NCBI GenBank assembly: GCA_963843975.1
Contig: CAWJMG010000001.1
Coordinates: 1,050,001 to 1,082,000, forward strand
Length of the DNA stretch: 32,000 nt
DNA from: an uncultured Actinomycetes bacterium
GTDB lineage: Bacteria; Actinomycetota; Actinomycetes; S36-B12; CAIYMF01
Direction of reading: 5' to 3'
A program made the position numbers and the translations under genes. Within the stretch, counting starts at the first letter, position 1; each line of letters opens with the position of its first letter. The notes beneath the pieces were generated by a model. It was given only the letters and a program-made list of their open reading frames with translations. It made no database searches and was not told the DNA's origin. Below are positions 1 to 10,424 of this stretch, in pieces.

Positions 1-591
1 GCGCGGAACGGGTCCGGCGCCGGCACCGGACCCGGTCAAGCGGCAGTTCACCGTCGCCGAGCCCAACCGGCTGTGGGTCGCGGACATCACCTACCTGCGG
101 ACCTGGGAGGGGTTCCTCTACCTCGCCGTCGTCGTCGACGCCTGCCCCCGGCGGGTCGTCGGGTGGGCGATGGCCGACCACCTTGGCCGTGAGCTGGTCC
201 TGGACGCGGTCGGGATGGCGATCTTCCGCCGCAGGCCCGAACGCGACCAGCTCGTGCACCACTCCGACCGCGGCAGCCAGTACACCTCCTACGACTTCGG
301 CAAGGCGCTGCGCGCCTCCGGCGTGCTGGCCTCGATGGGCGCGGTCGGGACCGCGTATGACAACGCGATGTGCGAGTCGTTCTTCGCAACCTTGAAGGAG
401 GAGCTGATCTACCGACGCTCCTGGGAGACCCGCCACGAGCTCGAGATGGAGGTCTTCTCCTACATCGAAGGCTTCTACAACCCCGTCCGACGACACAGCC
501 GTCTGGACAACCTCAGCCCCATCGCCTACGAAGAGAACCTCACGACCCGAACGACACAGATCGAGGCGTCCGCCTGACCGGGGTCACTTCA
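1..591 (+). mobile_element. Partial IS3-family (IS6110-like) insertion sequence, 3' portion only; the rest lies left of the window
   Basis: Contains the C-terminal part of an IS3 OrfB transposase. After the stop, GGGGTCACTTCA (580-591) reads on the other strand as TGAAGTGACCCCGG. This resembles the TGAACCGCCCCGG-type terminal inverted repeat of IS6110-like elements, so the right end is tentatively placed at CA 590-591. Confidence 0.75.
2..577 (+). CDS. IS3 family transposase OrfB, DDE/integrase-core portion (5' end cut by window edge)
   Basis: The frame is open from base 2. Translation is ...PNRLWVADITYLRTWEGFLYLAVVVDACPRRVVGWAMADH...HHSDRGSQYTS...YDNAMCESFFATLKEE...FYNPVRRHSRL, the typical rve-domain motifs. 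Stop TGA at 575-577. Confidence 0.9.
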   Translation, partial: RGTGPAPAPDPVKRQFTVAEPNRLWVADITYLRTWEGFLYLAVVVDACPRRVVGWAMADHLGRELVLDAVGMAIFRRRPERDQLVHHSDRGSQYTSYDFGKALRASGVLASMGAVGTAYDNAMCESFFATLKEELIYRRSWETRHELEMEVFSYIEGFYNPVRRHSRLDNLSPIAYEENLTTRTTQIEASA

Positions 592-839
592 GTAGTTCCC
601 TCCGCGAGTTCCTTGGTCGGTTCTCACGAAGCCTCACACGATGGCCCCTCAACGCTCAGGAGGCAGACCCGGAGTTACACCACTCGACGGGACGTGACCA
701 AGGAGAGGCCGCGAGTGTGTCGAGCCCAGTTGTGCCATATGCGGAACCCGCTACTGCACATGCAATTCACACCTGCTGTTGACCCTGCGATGACTCGATA
801 CTGGGGTCCGCATTACCCAGGGTTGCCTAACCTCGCGGG

Positions 840-1691
840 ATGACCTCCTCCCCCCGCACTTCCCTTGCGACGCGTCAGATGCTGAACAAGGTCCCCGAGA
901 TCACCGTGGTGTTCTGGGTCATCAAGATCCTGTGCACCACGGTCGGCGAGACGTTCGCAGACCTCCTGAACGACAAGCTGGGCCTCGGGCTCACCCTCAC
1001 GACGTACGTCATGGGGACGTTCCTGGCGTTGATGCTGATCGTGCAGTTCACCTACCGCCGCTACGTGCCCTCGGTGTACTGGACCGTCGTGGTGCTGCTC
1101 AGCGTCGTCGGCACGCTGATCACCGACAACATGACCGACAACTTCGGCATCCCGCTCGCGACATCGACGTTGCTCTTCGCTGCCGCACTCACGGTCACGT
1201 TCGTGGTCTGGTACGCCGTCGAGGGAACCCTGTCGATCCACAGCATCACCTCGATCCGGCGCGAGGTCTTCTACTGGCTCACGATCCTGTTCACCTTCGC
1301 CCTGGGCACGGCCGCCGGCGACCTGGTCGGGGAGAAGTTCGGCCTGGGCTATCTGTGGTCCGTCGTGCTGTGGGGGTCGCTGATCACGGTCATCGCGGTG
1401 GCGCACTCCCGGTTCGCCCTCAACGCTGTCCTGGCGTTCTGGTCCGCCTACGTCCTCACCCGCCCGCTGGGTGCCTCGATCGGGGACCTGCTGTCCCAGA
1501 AGCCGGTCGACGGCGGACTCGGCCTGGGCATCCTGAAGATCAGCGTCGTGTTCCTGCTGACCATCGCTGCGCTGGTCGGCTACCTCACCAGGACCCGCGC
1601 GGACGTCACCGAGTACCACCTCTCACCCGAGGACGACGCTCTCTTGGACCAGCAGGACGCCACCACAGTTCCCACCCCTCGCGCCTCATGA
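840..1691 (+). CDS. Multi-pass membrane protein, DUF347/COG4705-like
   Basis: 283-aa ORF with strong G/C third-position bias and several hydrophobic helices. The N-terminal KVPEITVVFWVIKILCTTVGETFAD motif recalls DUF347 repeat proteins. The stop overlaps the next start (ATGA at 1688-1691). Confidence 0.7.
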   Translation: MTSSPRTSLATRQMLNKVPEITVVFWVIKILCTTVGETFADLLNDKLGLGLTLTTYVMGTFLALMLIVQFTYRRYVPSVYWTVVVLLSVVGTLITDNMTDNFGIPLATSTLLFAAALTVTFVVWYAVEGTLSIHSITSIRREVFYWLTILFTFALGTAAGDLVGEKFGLGYLWSVVLWGSLITVIAVAHSRFALNAVLAFWSAYVLTRPLGASIGDLLSQKPVDGGLGLGILKISVVFLLTIAALVGYLTRTRADVTEYHLSPEDDALLDQQDATTVPTPRAS

Positions 1692-2380
1692 ACCGACCCA
1701 TCGCCTTTGCCGGCCACGTCCGGCTGCAACCACAGGCCTGGCTCGTCCACGCACTCCGGACATGGCCCATCCTGCTTGCTGCGTGTTCGGCTGCGGTGAT
1801 CCTCGCGGGAATCACGGACGCCGTCGGCGAGAACGACGGCGTCACCGCGGTCGACCGGCCTGTCGCCGCCTGGTTCGCCGCGCACCGAACCCTCGCGCAG
1901 GGCCACCTCGGACTCCAGCTCGCGCACGCCACCTCACCGGCCGTCCTGATCGCACTGGTGCTGCTCACCGCCGTCGTCCTGCTGCGACGAGGCCTGCGCA
2001 GCGAAGCGGTGCTTCTCACCGGTGCGACACTGGTCGCCTACGCCTCCGGGGCGGCGCTCAAGTTCGGCGAGCACCGCCCGCGACCGTTGTCGCCCGTGAA
2101 CCTGGCGCCCGAAGGCGAGCCGTCCTACCCATCGGGTCACGTCCTGGTCGTGGCCGTGATCGCCTTCACCGTCGTCGCGCTGGCGTGGTCGCACCTGTCC
2201 CGCGCCCGCCGCGTTACTGCCGTGACCGCCGCCTCGGTCGTTGTGGCCGGCATCGCCCTGGACCGGTTGGTCGTGGGGGCCCACTGGCTCACCGACCTTG
2301 CCGGGTCTCTCGCCCTGGCCGCGGTCATCGTGTCCGGTGTCATCGCAGCGCTGCGCCTGCGACGAGCAAAGGTGGCGTAG
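1688..2380 (+). CDS. PAP2-family phosphatase (membrane-bound)
   Basis: The three PAP2 motifs are present: KFGEHRPRP (KxxxxxxRP), YPSGH (PSGH) and DRLVVGAHWLTD (SRxxxxxHxxxD). The ATG at 1688 is coupled to the upstream stop. The long track ORF 932..2380 upstream of 1688 overlaps the DUF347-like gene out of frame. Confidence 0.85.
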   Translation: MNRPIAFAGHVRLQPQAWLVHALRTWPILLAACSAAVILAGITDAVGENDGVTAVDRPVAAWFAAHRTLAQGHLGLQLAHATSPAVLIALVLLTAVVLLRRGLRSEAVLLTGATLVAYASGAALKFGEHRPRPLSPVNLAPEGEPSYPSGHVLVVAVIAFTVVALAWSHLSRARRVTAVTAASVVVAGIALDRLVVGAHWLTDLAGSLALAAVIVSGVIAALRLRRAKVA

Positions 2381-2582
2381 CCAAGCGGACCTCCCGAACG
2401 CCGGGCGCCCCACCCAGGTCCCCGGGGGGGCGCAGACCTAGGTGGGGCGGACCTGCAACGGACCCTGAGGAGGAGGGCCCTCTACCCAGACCCGACGGTA
2501 GGCCACACCGCAAGGGTGACCAGCCGCGAACTGGAGATTCCTGATCGACCGTCGGAGATTCGCCGCCGCGAAGGCGCGTGCG

Positions 2583-3041
2583 TCAGTCGTCCGAACCCGA
2601 GTCGTCGGAGCCCGCGCCGGAGCCGGAGTCGTCAGACGAGTCGTCGTGGCTGTCGCCGGACTGCGAATCGGCGTGGCTGTCCTCGTGGTCACCATCGTCC
2701 GTGGCTTGCTCGCCCTGGTCGTCGTCACCCTGCGCGTCGGCGTTCTCGCCCTGGTCGTCGGACTCCCCGGACTGGGTGCCAGCGGGCTTGGCAGTCTCCG
2801 CGTCGTCGCTGCTCTCGACCGCGTCCGGGGTATCAGAGACCTCTGGGGTCTTGGTGGCATCAGGGGTCTCGGTGGCGTCAGGGGTCTCGGACTCGGTGGC
2901 GTCCACCTCAGCGGTGGGGGTGGCTACCACGTCGTGGGTGGATGAGACCGGCGGGATGTCGGCGTGGCTGGCGGCGAACGCGGCCGTCGAGCCGAGCAGC
3001 ACGCCCGCAACGGCAAGGGGAACGACAAGCTGCAACTTCAT
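2583..3041 (-). CDS. Secreted, highly acidic low-complexity protein (Asp/Ser/Glu/His/Thr-rich)
   Basis: AGGAGG lies 7 nt upstream of the ATG at 3041. Signal peptide is MKLQLVVPLAVAGVLLGSTAAFA/ASHAD. The mature part has ETPDAT-type repeats and a D/S/H-rich tail, and G/C third-position bias is kept throughout. Confidence 0.7.
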   Translation of the reverse strand: MKLQLVVPLAVAGVLLGSTAAFAASHADIPPVSSTHDVVATPTAEVDATESETPDATETPDATKTPEVSDTPDAVESSDDAETAKPAGTQSGESDDQGENADAQGDDDQGEQATDDGDHEDSHADSQSGDSHDDSSDDSGSGAGSDDSGSDD

Positions 3042-3549
3042 GGTGATCCTCCTAGGCATGCGGATGCTTCGCTATCAGCATCGACAGCCCACGGCGAAGG
3101 ACGAGCCCACGGACATCGAAGATCCGTCCAAGAAGTCACCAAGAACCGGACGTCAAGAGGCGCAACCGCCCTGCGCCCGCGAGCACGATCCGGCCCCGTC
3201 GGGCCGAGAACCTTCCGCCCAGCGAACAGCTGCAGAAGGCGGTGGCGGCCCGAGGGTCACGACGAGCAGCTCGCCGGGCGAGGGTGCACCCCAAAGAATC
3301 GCGTGAACCGAGGGGTGTTCGTCGCGGCCGACCGCCATCCGCCAGATCGGCGCACGGCTCGAGCGAGGCCGCGCTCCACCGATCACCTGGAGCACAGCAC
3401 CATCAAAACCCGGTGGTCCTTCCCTGGAGTGACATGACCAGAGGAAGGTCACAACGCAACCGATCCGATCTTGGCGACTCCATGCACGAACCGGCGGATC
3501 GCGCTGCGCCAGAGTCGGACCGCCGAAACGACCCGACCCCGGAGGACAC

Positions 3550-4179
3550 GTGCCCCGAAGCACCACCACCCGCAGACTGACAAGTCGCGACCTCGCACTC
3601 GTCGCCGTCTTCACCGGCGTGATCGCCGCCCTCGGGCTCGTTCCCGCCGTGTTCGTCCCCGGCTTCCCCGCCCCGATCACCCTGCAATCGATGGGCGTCG
3701 TCCTCGCAGGCGCCGTCCTGGGCGCCCGACGCGGCTTCCTATCGGTTGCCCTGTTCCTCACACTCGTCGCCCTCGGTCTGCCGCTGCTCTCGGGCGGACG
3801 CGGCGGCCTCGGCGTGTTCACCACTCCCTACGCCGGATTCCTGTGGGCGTTCCCGTTCGCGGCCCTGGCCGTCGGCGTGCTCACCGAGCGCCGCGGCACG
3901 CCATACCAGCTCCGCTACGGCATACCTTCCAACTGCGCGGGCTCCCTCGTGCTCTACCTAGGCGGATGGATCAGCCTCATGACCCTCGGGGGCGACGCCC
4001 CCGTCGCAGCCCTCGCGCTGCTGGTCATCTACCTCCCCGGCGACGCCGTCAAGATGGTCCTCGCAGCACTCGTCGCCCGTGGCGTCCACGAGGCACTGCC
4101 CGAACTTCTACCAACCGCGCCTGCACCCGCACCCGAGACGGCGCCCGCACCCGACCGACCGCGACCGACGGCGACCTAG
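3550..4179 (+). CDS. bioY: Biotin transporter BioY (ECF-type S component)
   Basis: BioY-like core: ITLQSMGVVLAGAVLGARRGFLSVALFLTLVALGLPLLSGGRGGLGVFTTPYAGFLWAFPFAA. GTG start with GGAGGA just upstream. The Pro/Ala-rich C-terminal tail is atypical. No bioMN genes are seen nearby. Confidence 0.85.
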   Translation: MPRSTTTRRLTSRDLALVAVFTGVIAALGLVPAVFVPGFPAPITLQSMGVVLAGAVLGARRGFLSVALFLTLVALGLPLLSGGRGGLGVFTTPYAGFLWAFPFAALAVGVLTERRGTPYQLRYGIPSNCAGSLVLYLGGWISLMTLGGDAPVAALALLVIYLPGDAVKMVLAALVARGVHEALPELLPTAPAPAPETAPAPDRPRPTAT

Positions 4180-4996
4180 ACCGGCGGCACCAGACGCTCA
4201 CCCCCCCGTGGCGACTGGTGCCGCCCCGCCGCATCACGGTCGCCACTGGCGTGAAGACGCACCAGGCCCCCGCGCGGGCCACGCACCGGCCGGGCAGGTG
4301 CAACACCTTCATTCGCCCGGCCGCGACCCTATGCAGGGTGCCCTCGGTCGCCAGCGGGGAACCCGTCCCCGATGGTTATCGTGCGCAGCACCGGCATTCT
4401 TGAGTCCGGCACCCATCCGGCGCAGCGCGAGCACACCAGTGCCGAGTTGACGTTTAGGTGTTGCTCGTCAGCGTCGATGACGTGTCTGTGAGGGGGAACT
4501 ACTCGCGCACGGGGGTCCGAAATGCACGCATCCCGCGACGGTATCCGCTGCACCGTTCCGCCGCTCCTAGCGGTCGTTGTGGTCGCACTCATCGTCGGCC
4601 TGCCACCGCACGAGACAAATCCAGCACCGTCGCTCACGCCGTCCGCTGCGCCGTGAACGCCTTGACCGAACTGGCGTCAGTTGTGCTCACGATGCGGCAC
4701 CGAGAATGCGCGCCGAGAAAACGGTGATCTTCGCTCCCCGACCCTTGTGGGCTGCAACGTCGAACCATGACAGCCCACCACGTCGCATGCACAACGGCGC
4801 ACCTTGTGACGGTGACCTACGAAGGTGAGGTGCGGGCCCCCGACATCAGAGGGGGACAAAGACGTCGAGGGCCCGCAGGACCGGCAGCGCCCACCTCCGC
4901 ACCCCCGCAACGGATGCGGACGCCCCAGCGATGCCACCGTCGCACGCAACCCGCGGGGAGCCTGCCCCGGTTCTCCGGACACGGGTTGTGTGGTGA

Positions 4997-5873
4997 TCAT
5001 GCCGCGGTGACCGCGGTGGTGTGAAGGTTCTCGAATGCGTGGGGGGCGAGCATGCCCAGCGCGGTGTGGCGGCGGCGAGGGTTGTACCAGGCTTCGATCC
5101 ACTCGAAGATCGCCGAGGCGAGCTCGTCGGGGGTGTCCCAGTCGTGCTGGTCGAGGAGCTCCCGCTGCATGGTCGACCAGAACGATTCGATCATCGAGTT
5201 GTCCACCGATGAGGCGACCCGGCCCATGGAGCCGAGCAGGCCCGCCTCGCGCAGCCGGTGCCCGAACACCCAGGACGTGTACTGGCTGCCCCGGTCCGCG
5301 TGCACGATGGTGCCGTCGGGCAGCCGCCGCCAGACCGCCATCTGCAGGGCGTCGACGACCAGGTCCGAGCGCGTCGTGGTCGGCGATGGACCAGCCGACC
5401 ACGACGCGGCTGAACACGTCCAGGACCGCGCAGCAGTAGACCTTGCCGGCCCGGGTGGGATGCTCGGTGATGTCGGTGCACCACAGGCGGTCCGGTCCGT
5501 CGGCGACGAACTTGCGCTTGACCAGGTCGTCGTGGACCGCCGGAGCGGGACGGTGGCGCCGCTTGCGGGCGTGGCTGATCCCGCGCCTGCCGGTCAGGGC
5601 CAGCAGCCGTGCGACGCGCTTGCGGCCCACCTGCACGCCCTCCCCGAGGCGCAGCTCGGCATGCACCCGCGGCGACCCGTAGGAGCAGCGCGACGCGGCA
5701 TGGATGTCGACGATCCTGTTGGCGAGGTAGGCGTCCTCGAGATCGCGGGCCGACAGCGGCCGGTCCCGCCACTCGTAGTAGCCCGACCTCGACACCCCCA
5801 GAACCCGGCAGGCCACCGCGACGTCGAACCCGTCCGCGGCGAGCTCCTGGACCAGCCGGAACCCTATTTTGGG
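4997..5873 (-). pseudogene. IS3 family transposase OrfB, interrupted by a frameshift near 5370-5376
   Basis: The upstream frame reads ...DRLWCTDITEHPTRAGKVYCCAVLDVFSRVVVGWSIADH and then becomes Arg/Pro-rich junk. The homologous sequence resumes one frame over as (R)SDLVVDALQMAVWRRLPDGTIVHADRGSQYTS...WYNPRRRHTALG (track ORF 4997..5341). Four nt (GACG) sit where one codon is expected between CAC and CGC. Confidence 0.7.
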
Positions 5874-6154
5874 AGCACGTTCTCCCGCGCGAAGTACGCG
5901 CTGGCGCGCTTGAGGATCTCAATCTCCATCTCCAGCCGCCGGTTGTCCCGACGCAGCTGCGCCAGCTCCTCGCGCTCCTTGGTCGACAAGCCCTCCTTGC
6001 GGCCGGCGTCGACGTCGTCCTGCGCCATCCACCGGCGCAAGCCCGACTCGCTGATCCCCAGGTCCTTGGCGATCTTGGCCACCGACGCTCCCGGCTGCCG
6101 GGTCAGCTCGACAGCCCGACGACGGAACTCGGGCGGATGTGGTGCGGGCATCAC
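5864..6154 (-). CDS. IS3 family transposase OrfA (HTH)
   Basis: MMPAPHPPEFRRRAVELTRQPGASVAKIAKDLGISESGLRRWMAQ... followed by the leucine-zipper-like segment ELAQLRRDNRRLEMEIEILKRASAYFA, typical of IS3 OrfA. Confidence 0.9.
   Translation of the reverse strand: MMPAPHPPEFRRRAVELTRQPGASVAKIAKDLGISESGLRRWMAQDDVDAGRKEGLSTKEREELAQLRRDNRRLEMEIEILKRASAYFARENVLPK
5867..5873 (-). promoter_or_regulatory. Programmed -1 ribosomal frameshift heptamer C CCA AAA (OrfA to OrfAB)
   Basis: OrfA ends CTC CCA AAA TAG. Slipping -1 on C_CCA_AAA gives CCC AAA ATA GGG TTC CGG CTG GTC..., translating PKIGFRLVQELAADGFDVAVACRVLGVSRSGYYEWRD. This is the canonical start of IS3 OrfB. Confidence 0.7.
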
Positions 6155-6679
6155 AGGACTCCCTTCCTGCAGCGATCATCGCTACAGATCAGGTGTCCGG
6201 ACTAGCGGGGCAGGCTCCCGGTGATGGCCGGCCGCGTCCGCTCATCGGGGCCGAAGGAGAACCCACCCAACCTTCCGGGGAGCCGATGCGGGCATTGGCT
6301 CGATCGGGTCCCTCGCCCAGGCGCAACACCGCCACAAGATGGCCACCGCAGCTCCAGACCGACAACAAATAGACGGTCGATCGGGCACTGACAGGCACAG
6401 CTCAGAAACGGGTGCACAGCAACGGCGCTGGCAGATCACCTGCTGCAAAGCCATGCCCCGAACGGGCAGCCATCTACGCTACCTGAAGGGCGTGATGTGG
6501 CGGGCTCGTACGTGGCGGGCACACACGACGACCTCGAGATCCATCCGGGCTGACCGCGGGCATGAAGCCCCCCATCCGGACCGCACCGCACTCTTCCACT
6601 GGCTCAGCCGGACCAGATGTCGACGACGGGCGAAAACTGGTCACTATCGACGGGCGAAAAGTGAACGGGTGCGGGCAGT

Positions 6680-8685
<2,006 letters not shown>

Positions 8686-9033
8686 TCTCCAATCGTCGAG
8701 TGTTCACTTTTCACCGTCGAAACTGTTCAGTTTTCGAGCGTCGTCGACACCAGAGTCATTACGACGTCGCCGAGTGACCGAACCATTCTCACCCCCTCGA
8801 CCAACGATCAAGATCGTCAGCGCGGACTCTTCTGGCTCCAAGGAGCGGACGGCCGTCGCGGCCCGATTCCGCAGCCAGAGCAGGCACTCTGACGCCCAAA
8901 CCATGCATCACGAGATGTGACAAGCCGGCACGGCTCGAGCCAGTGTCGTCAAATGGCCGTCGTGCAGTCGCGGTGCGCCTTGCCGTCGTCAGGAGCCGAG
9001 CCACCGGGCTGACGATGACGGGCGGCGACTCCG

Positions 9034-9471
9034 TCACGGGCCATACGTGGACCGCCGCCCACACTGGTATCTGGATGTTCCTGGCTCCGGCGGGGTCGTC
9101 GTCGCCGGTCGGCTTGCTTCCCAGGAGCCGGGGAGGAGCACGCGCTCGGCATCCGAGAGCGCGTGCGCCGTCCGCGCAAGCAATAGAAGCAGCTGAGCTG
9201 CCAGCTCCAAGGTCTCGGCGTTGTCGACGAGGAAGACCACCGCGGCACGCGCCGACACCAAGCGCTCGGCCGGTCCGCCAGAGCGCACGCCGTGGCCCCT
9301 CGTCCTCGTGCTCAGAGTGGGCAGGATGGCGCTCAGACGCTCCATGGCGCCCGCCACGCAGAGGGACACGACGATCTCCCGCCTGTACTGCCGCAGATCG
9401 GTCAGAAGGCCCACCAACGCCATCTCCAGCGCCGCCAGGGCGCGGGCTCCCTCATCGTCCACGTCGTCCAT
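9034..9471 (-). CDS. Hypothetical protein (island-borne, helical, no recognised family)
   Basis: 145-aa ORF with GGAGG 4-5 nt upstream of the ATG. G/C third-position bias is good over the first ~110 codons. No motif recognised. Confidence 0.45.
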   Translation of the reverse strand: MDDVDDEGARALAALEMALVGLLTDLRQYRREIVVSLCVAGAMERLSAILPTLSTRTRGHGVRSGGPAERLVSARAAVVFLVDNAETLELAAQLLLLLARTAHALSDAERVLLPGSWEASRPATTTPPEPGTSRYQCGRRSTYGP

Positions 9472-9640
9472 GTCGCCTCCAGCTCGCCAAGGTGACCAAT
9501 GGCGAACGAACCCGCGTCAGCGTCACGTGTCCGCCTGTGGACGACACGCGAAGCTGAATGGGTCGATCAAACACCGGGGCAGTGACCTCGATGCCGCGGC
9601 CGAAGTCGGGGTCCTCAACGTGCGGGAGCCCAAGGACGCG

Positions 9641-9883
9641 ATGACGGAGTCGATGACGGACTCCATGACAGCGCCGGCTCCGCCGTCGATGTCGTGACGG
9701 AGTCCGCGACGGAGCGGGCGTCCGTCCCGGCGGCTCTGACCTGCTCGTGACGGAGTCGGTGACGGAGTCGACGAGGCCCGCAACCCGGCCTTGACCGTCG
9801 TGACGGAGTCCGTGACGGAGTCCACGAGGCTTCACCCCTCGGCCACGACTGTCGTGACGGAGTCCGTGACGGAAGTCGACAGG
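9641..9883. repeat. Five tandem 53/54-bp units, each starting with a doubled 12-bp motif (G/A)TGACGGAGTC(N)
   Basis: Units start at 9641, 9694, 9747, 9800 and 9854. Motif copies are at 9641-9651, 9653-9663, 9694-9704, 9706-9716 (GCGACGGAGCG), 9747-9757, 9759-9769, 9800-9810, 9812-9822, 9854-9864 and 9866-9877 (1-nt insertion). The rest of each unit is divergent. The period is not a multiple of 3. Confidence 0.9.
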
Positions 9884-10015
9884 CTGGCACCTCCTGGCTG
9901 AAGGAGCCCGCGCGAGGTGAGCGTCTGCCTCTGGTCGCCGGACGTGCCCCGTTTCCGCGCACCTACGTGTAGCGAGCAACGGCTCGACGCGACGGCATGG
10001 CACACGGAGGACCAC

Positions 10016-10222
10016 ATGGATCGAACCGAGATCGCCCTGCTCCCGCCACTGGTGGACGTGACCACGGCCGCACAAGTACTGGGTATCAGCCGGACCCTCG
10101 CCTACCAGCTCGTCAAGGCGGACCGCTGGCCGACGACTGTGCTTCGCGTCGGCAAGCTCATCCGGATCCCTACGGCGGCCCTGCTGCGAATCGTCGACGA
10201 CGAAGTCCGGACACAGCCATAG
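10016..10222 (+). CDS. xis: Excisionase-family HTH DNA-binding protein (MerR/HTH_17-like Xis)
   Basis: GGAGGA lies 6 nt upstream of the ATG at 10016. Sequence is MDRTEIALLPPLVDVTTAAQVLGISRTLAYQLVKADRWPTTVLRVGKLIRIPTAALLRIV, 68 aa, immediately upstream of the integrase. Confidence 0.8.
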   Translation: MDRTEIALLPPLVDVTTAAQVLGISRTLAYQLVKADRWPTTVLRVGKLIRIPTAALLRIVDDEVRTQP

Positions 10223-10424
10223 GCGGGGGCCGCTGACGTCGAACCGCGCGCGAGCAAGCGCCTGAATCTGCGGAGTCGGCCGTGGCGCAGCACGGCCTAG
10301 CTCGCGCCCTCCGGCGTGTCGTCCACAGGCAAAGCACTCAACCAGCCGTCGCGGTGGGATCTGACGCTGATCCTGCCCTTGTCGGCCACCCACACTCGCG
10401 CTTTCCGCACCTGCAGGAGGTCCC

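Larger units (their letters stand above)
4957..6218 (-). mobile_element. IS3-family (IS6110-like) insertion sequence, complete ends but transposase frame disrupted
   Basis: 26-bp terminal inverted repeats: GGAGCCTGCCCCGGTTCTCCGGACAC (4957-4982) and the reverse complement of 6193-6218, GGAGCCTGCCCCGCTAGTCCGGACAC (23/26 identical). OrfA and OrfB lie inside. CGG at 4954-4956 and 6219-6221 is a possible 3-bp target duplication, which is weak evidence in GC-rich DNA. Confidence 0.85.

Noticed and set aside
4180-4956. Candidate genes between bioY and the IS3 copy (such as ORFs 4329..4637 minus and 4458..4727 plus)
   Set aside because: There is no RBS, weak or mixed third-position bias, no motifs, and locally lower GC. 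The region more likely holds non-coding remnants of the integrative element.
4677-4996. 3' extension of track ORF 4677..5816 beyond the IS3 end
   Set aside because: It arises because the post-frameshift junk frame stays open. It crosses the IS terminal inverted repeat at 4957-4982, and the translation is Arg/Pro/Gly-rich with no homology signal.
9495-9515. Possible attL core: GCGAACGAACCCGCG resembles the tRNA T-arm segment GATTTGAACCCACG
   Set aside because: Only about 8 contiguous or near-contiguous matches (GAACCC-CG), which is expected by chance in GC-rich DNA, and no extended identity with the tRNA 3' half.
9641-9906. Short ORFs such as MTESMTDSMTAPAPPSMS and VTESVTESTRPATRP, and the long antisense ORF 9452..10501 with GLRHGLRHD repeats
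   Set aside because: These are translations of the 12-bp DNA motif. The 53-bp unit length breaks any frame, none has an RBS, and the repeats are better explained at the DNA level. A CRISPR interpretation is also rejected because the 53-bp period has internally direct, non-palindromic repeats.
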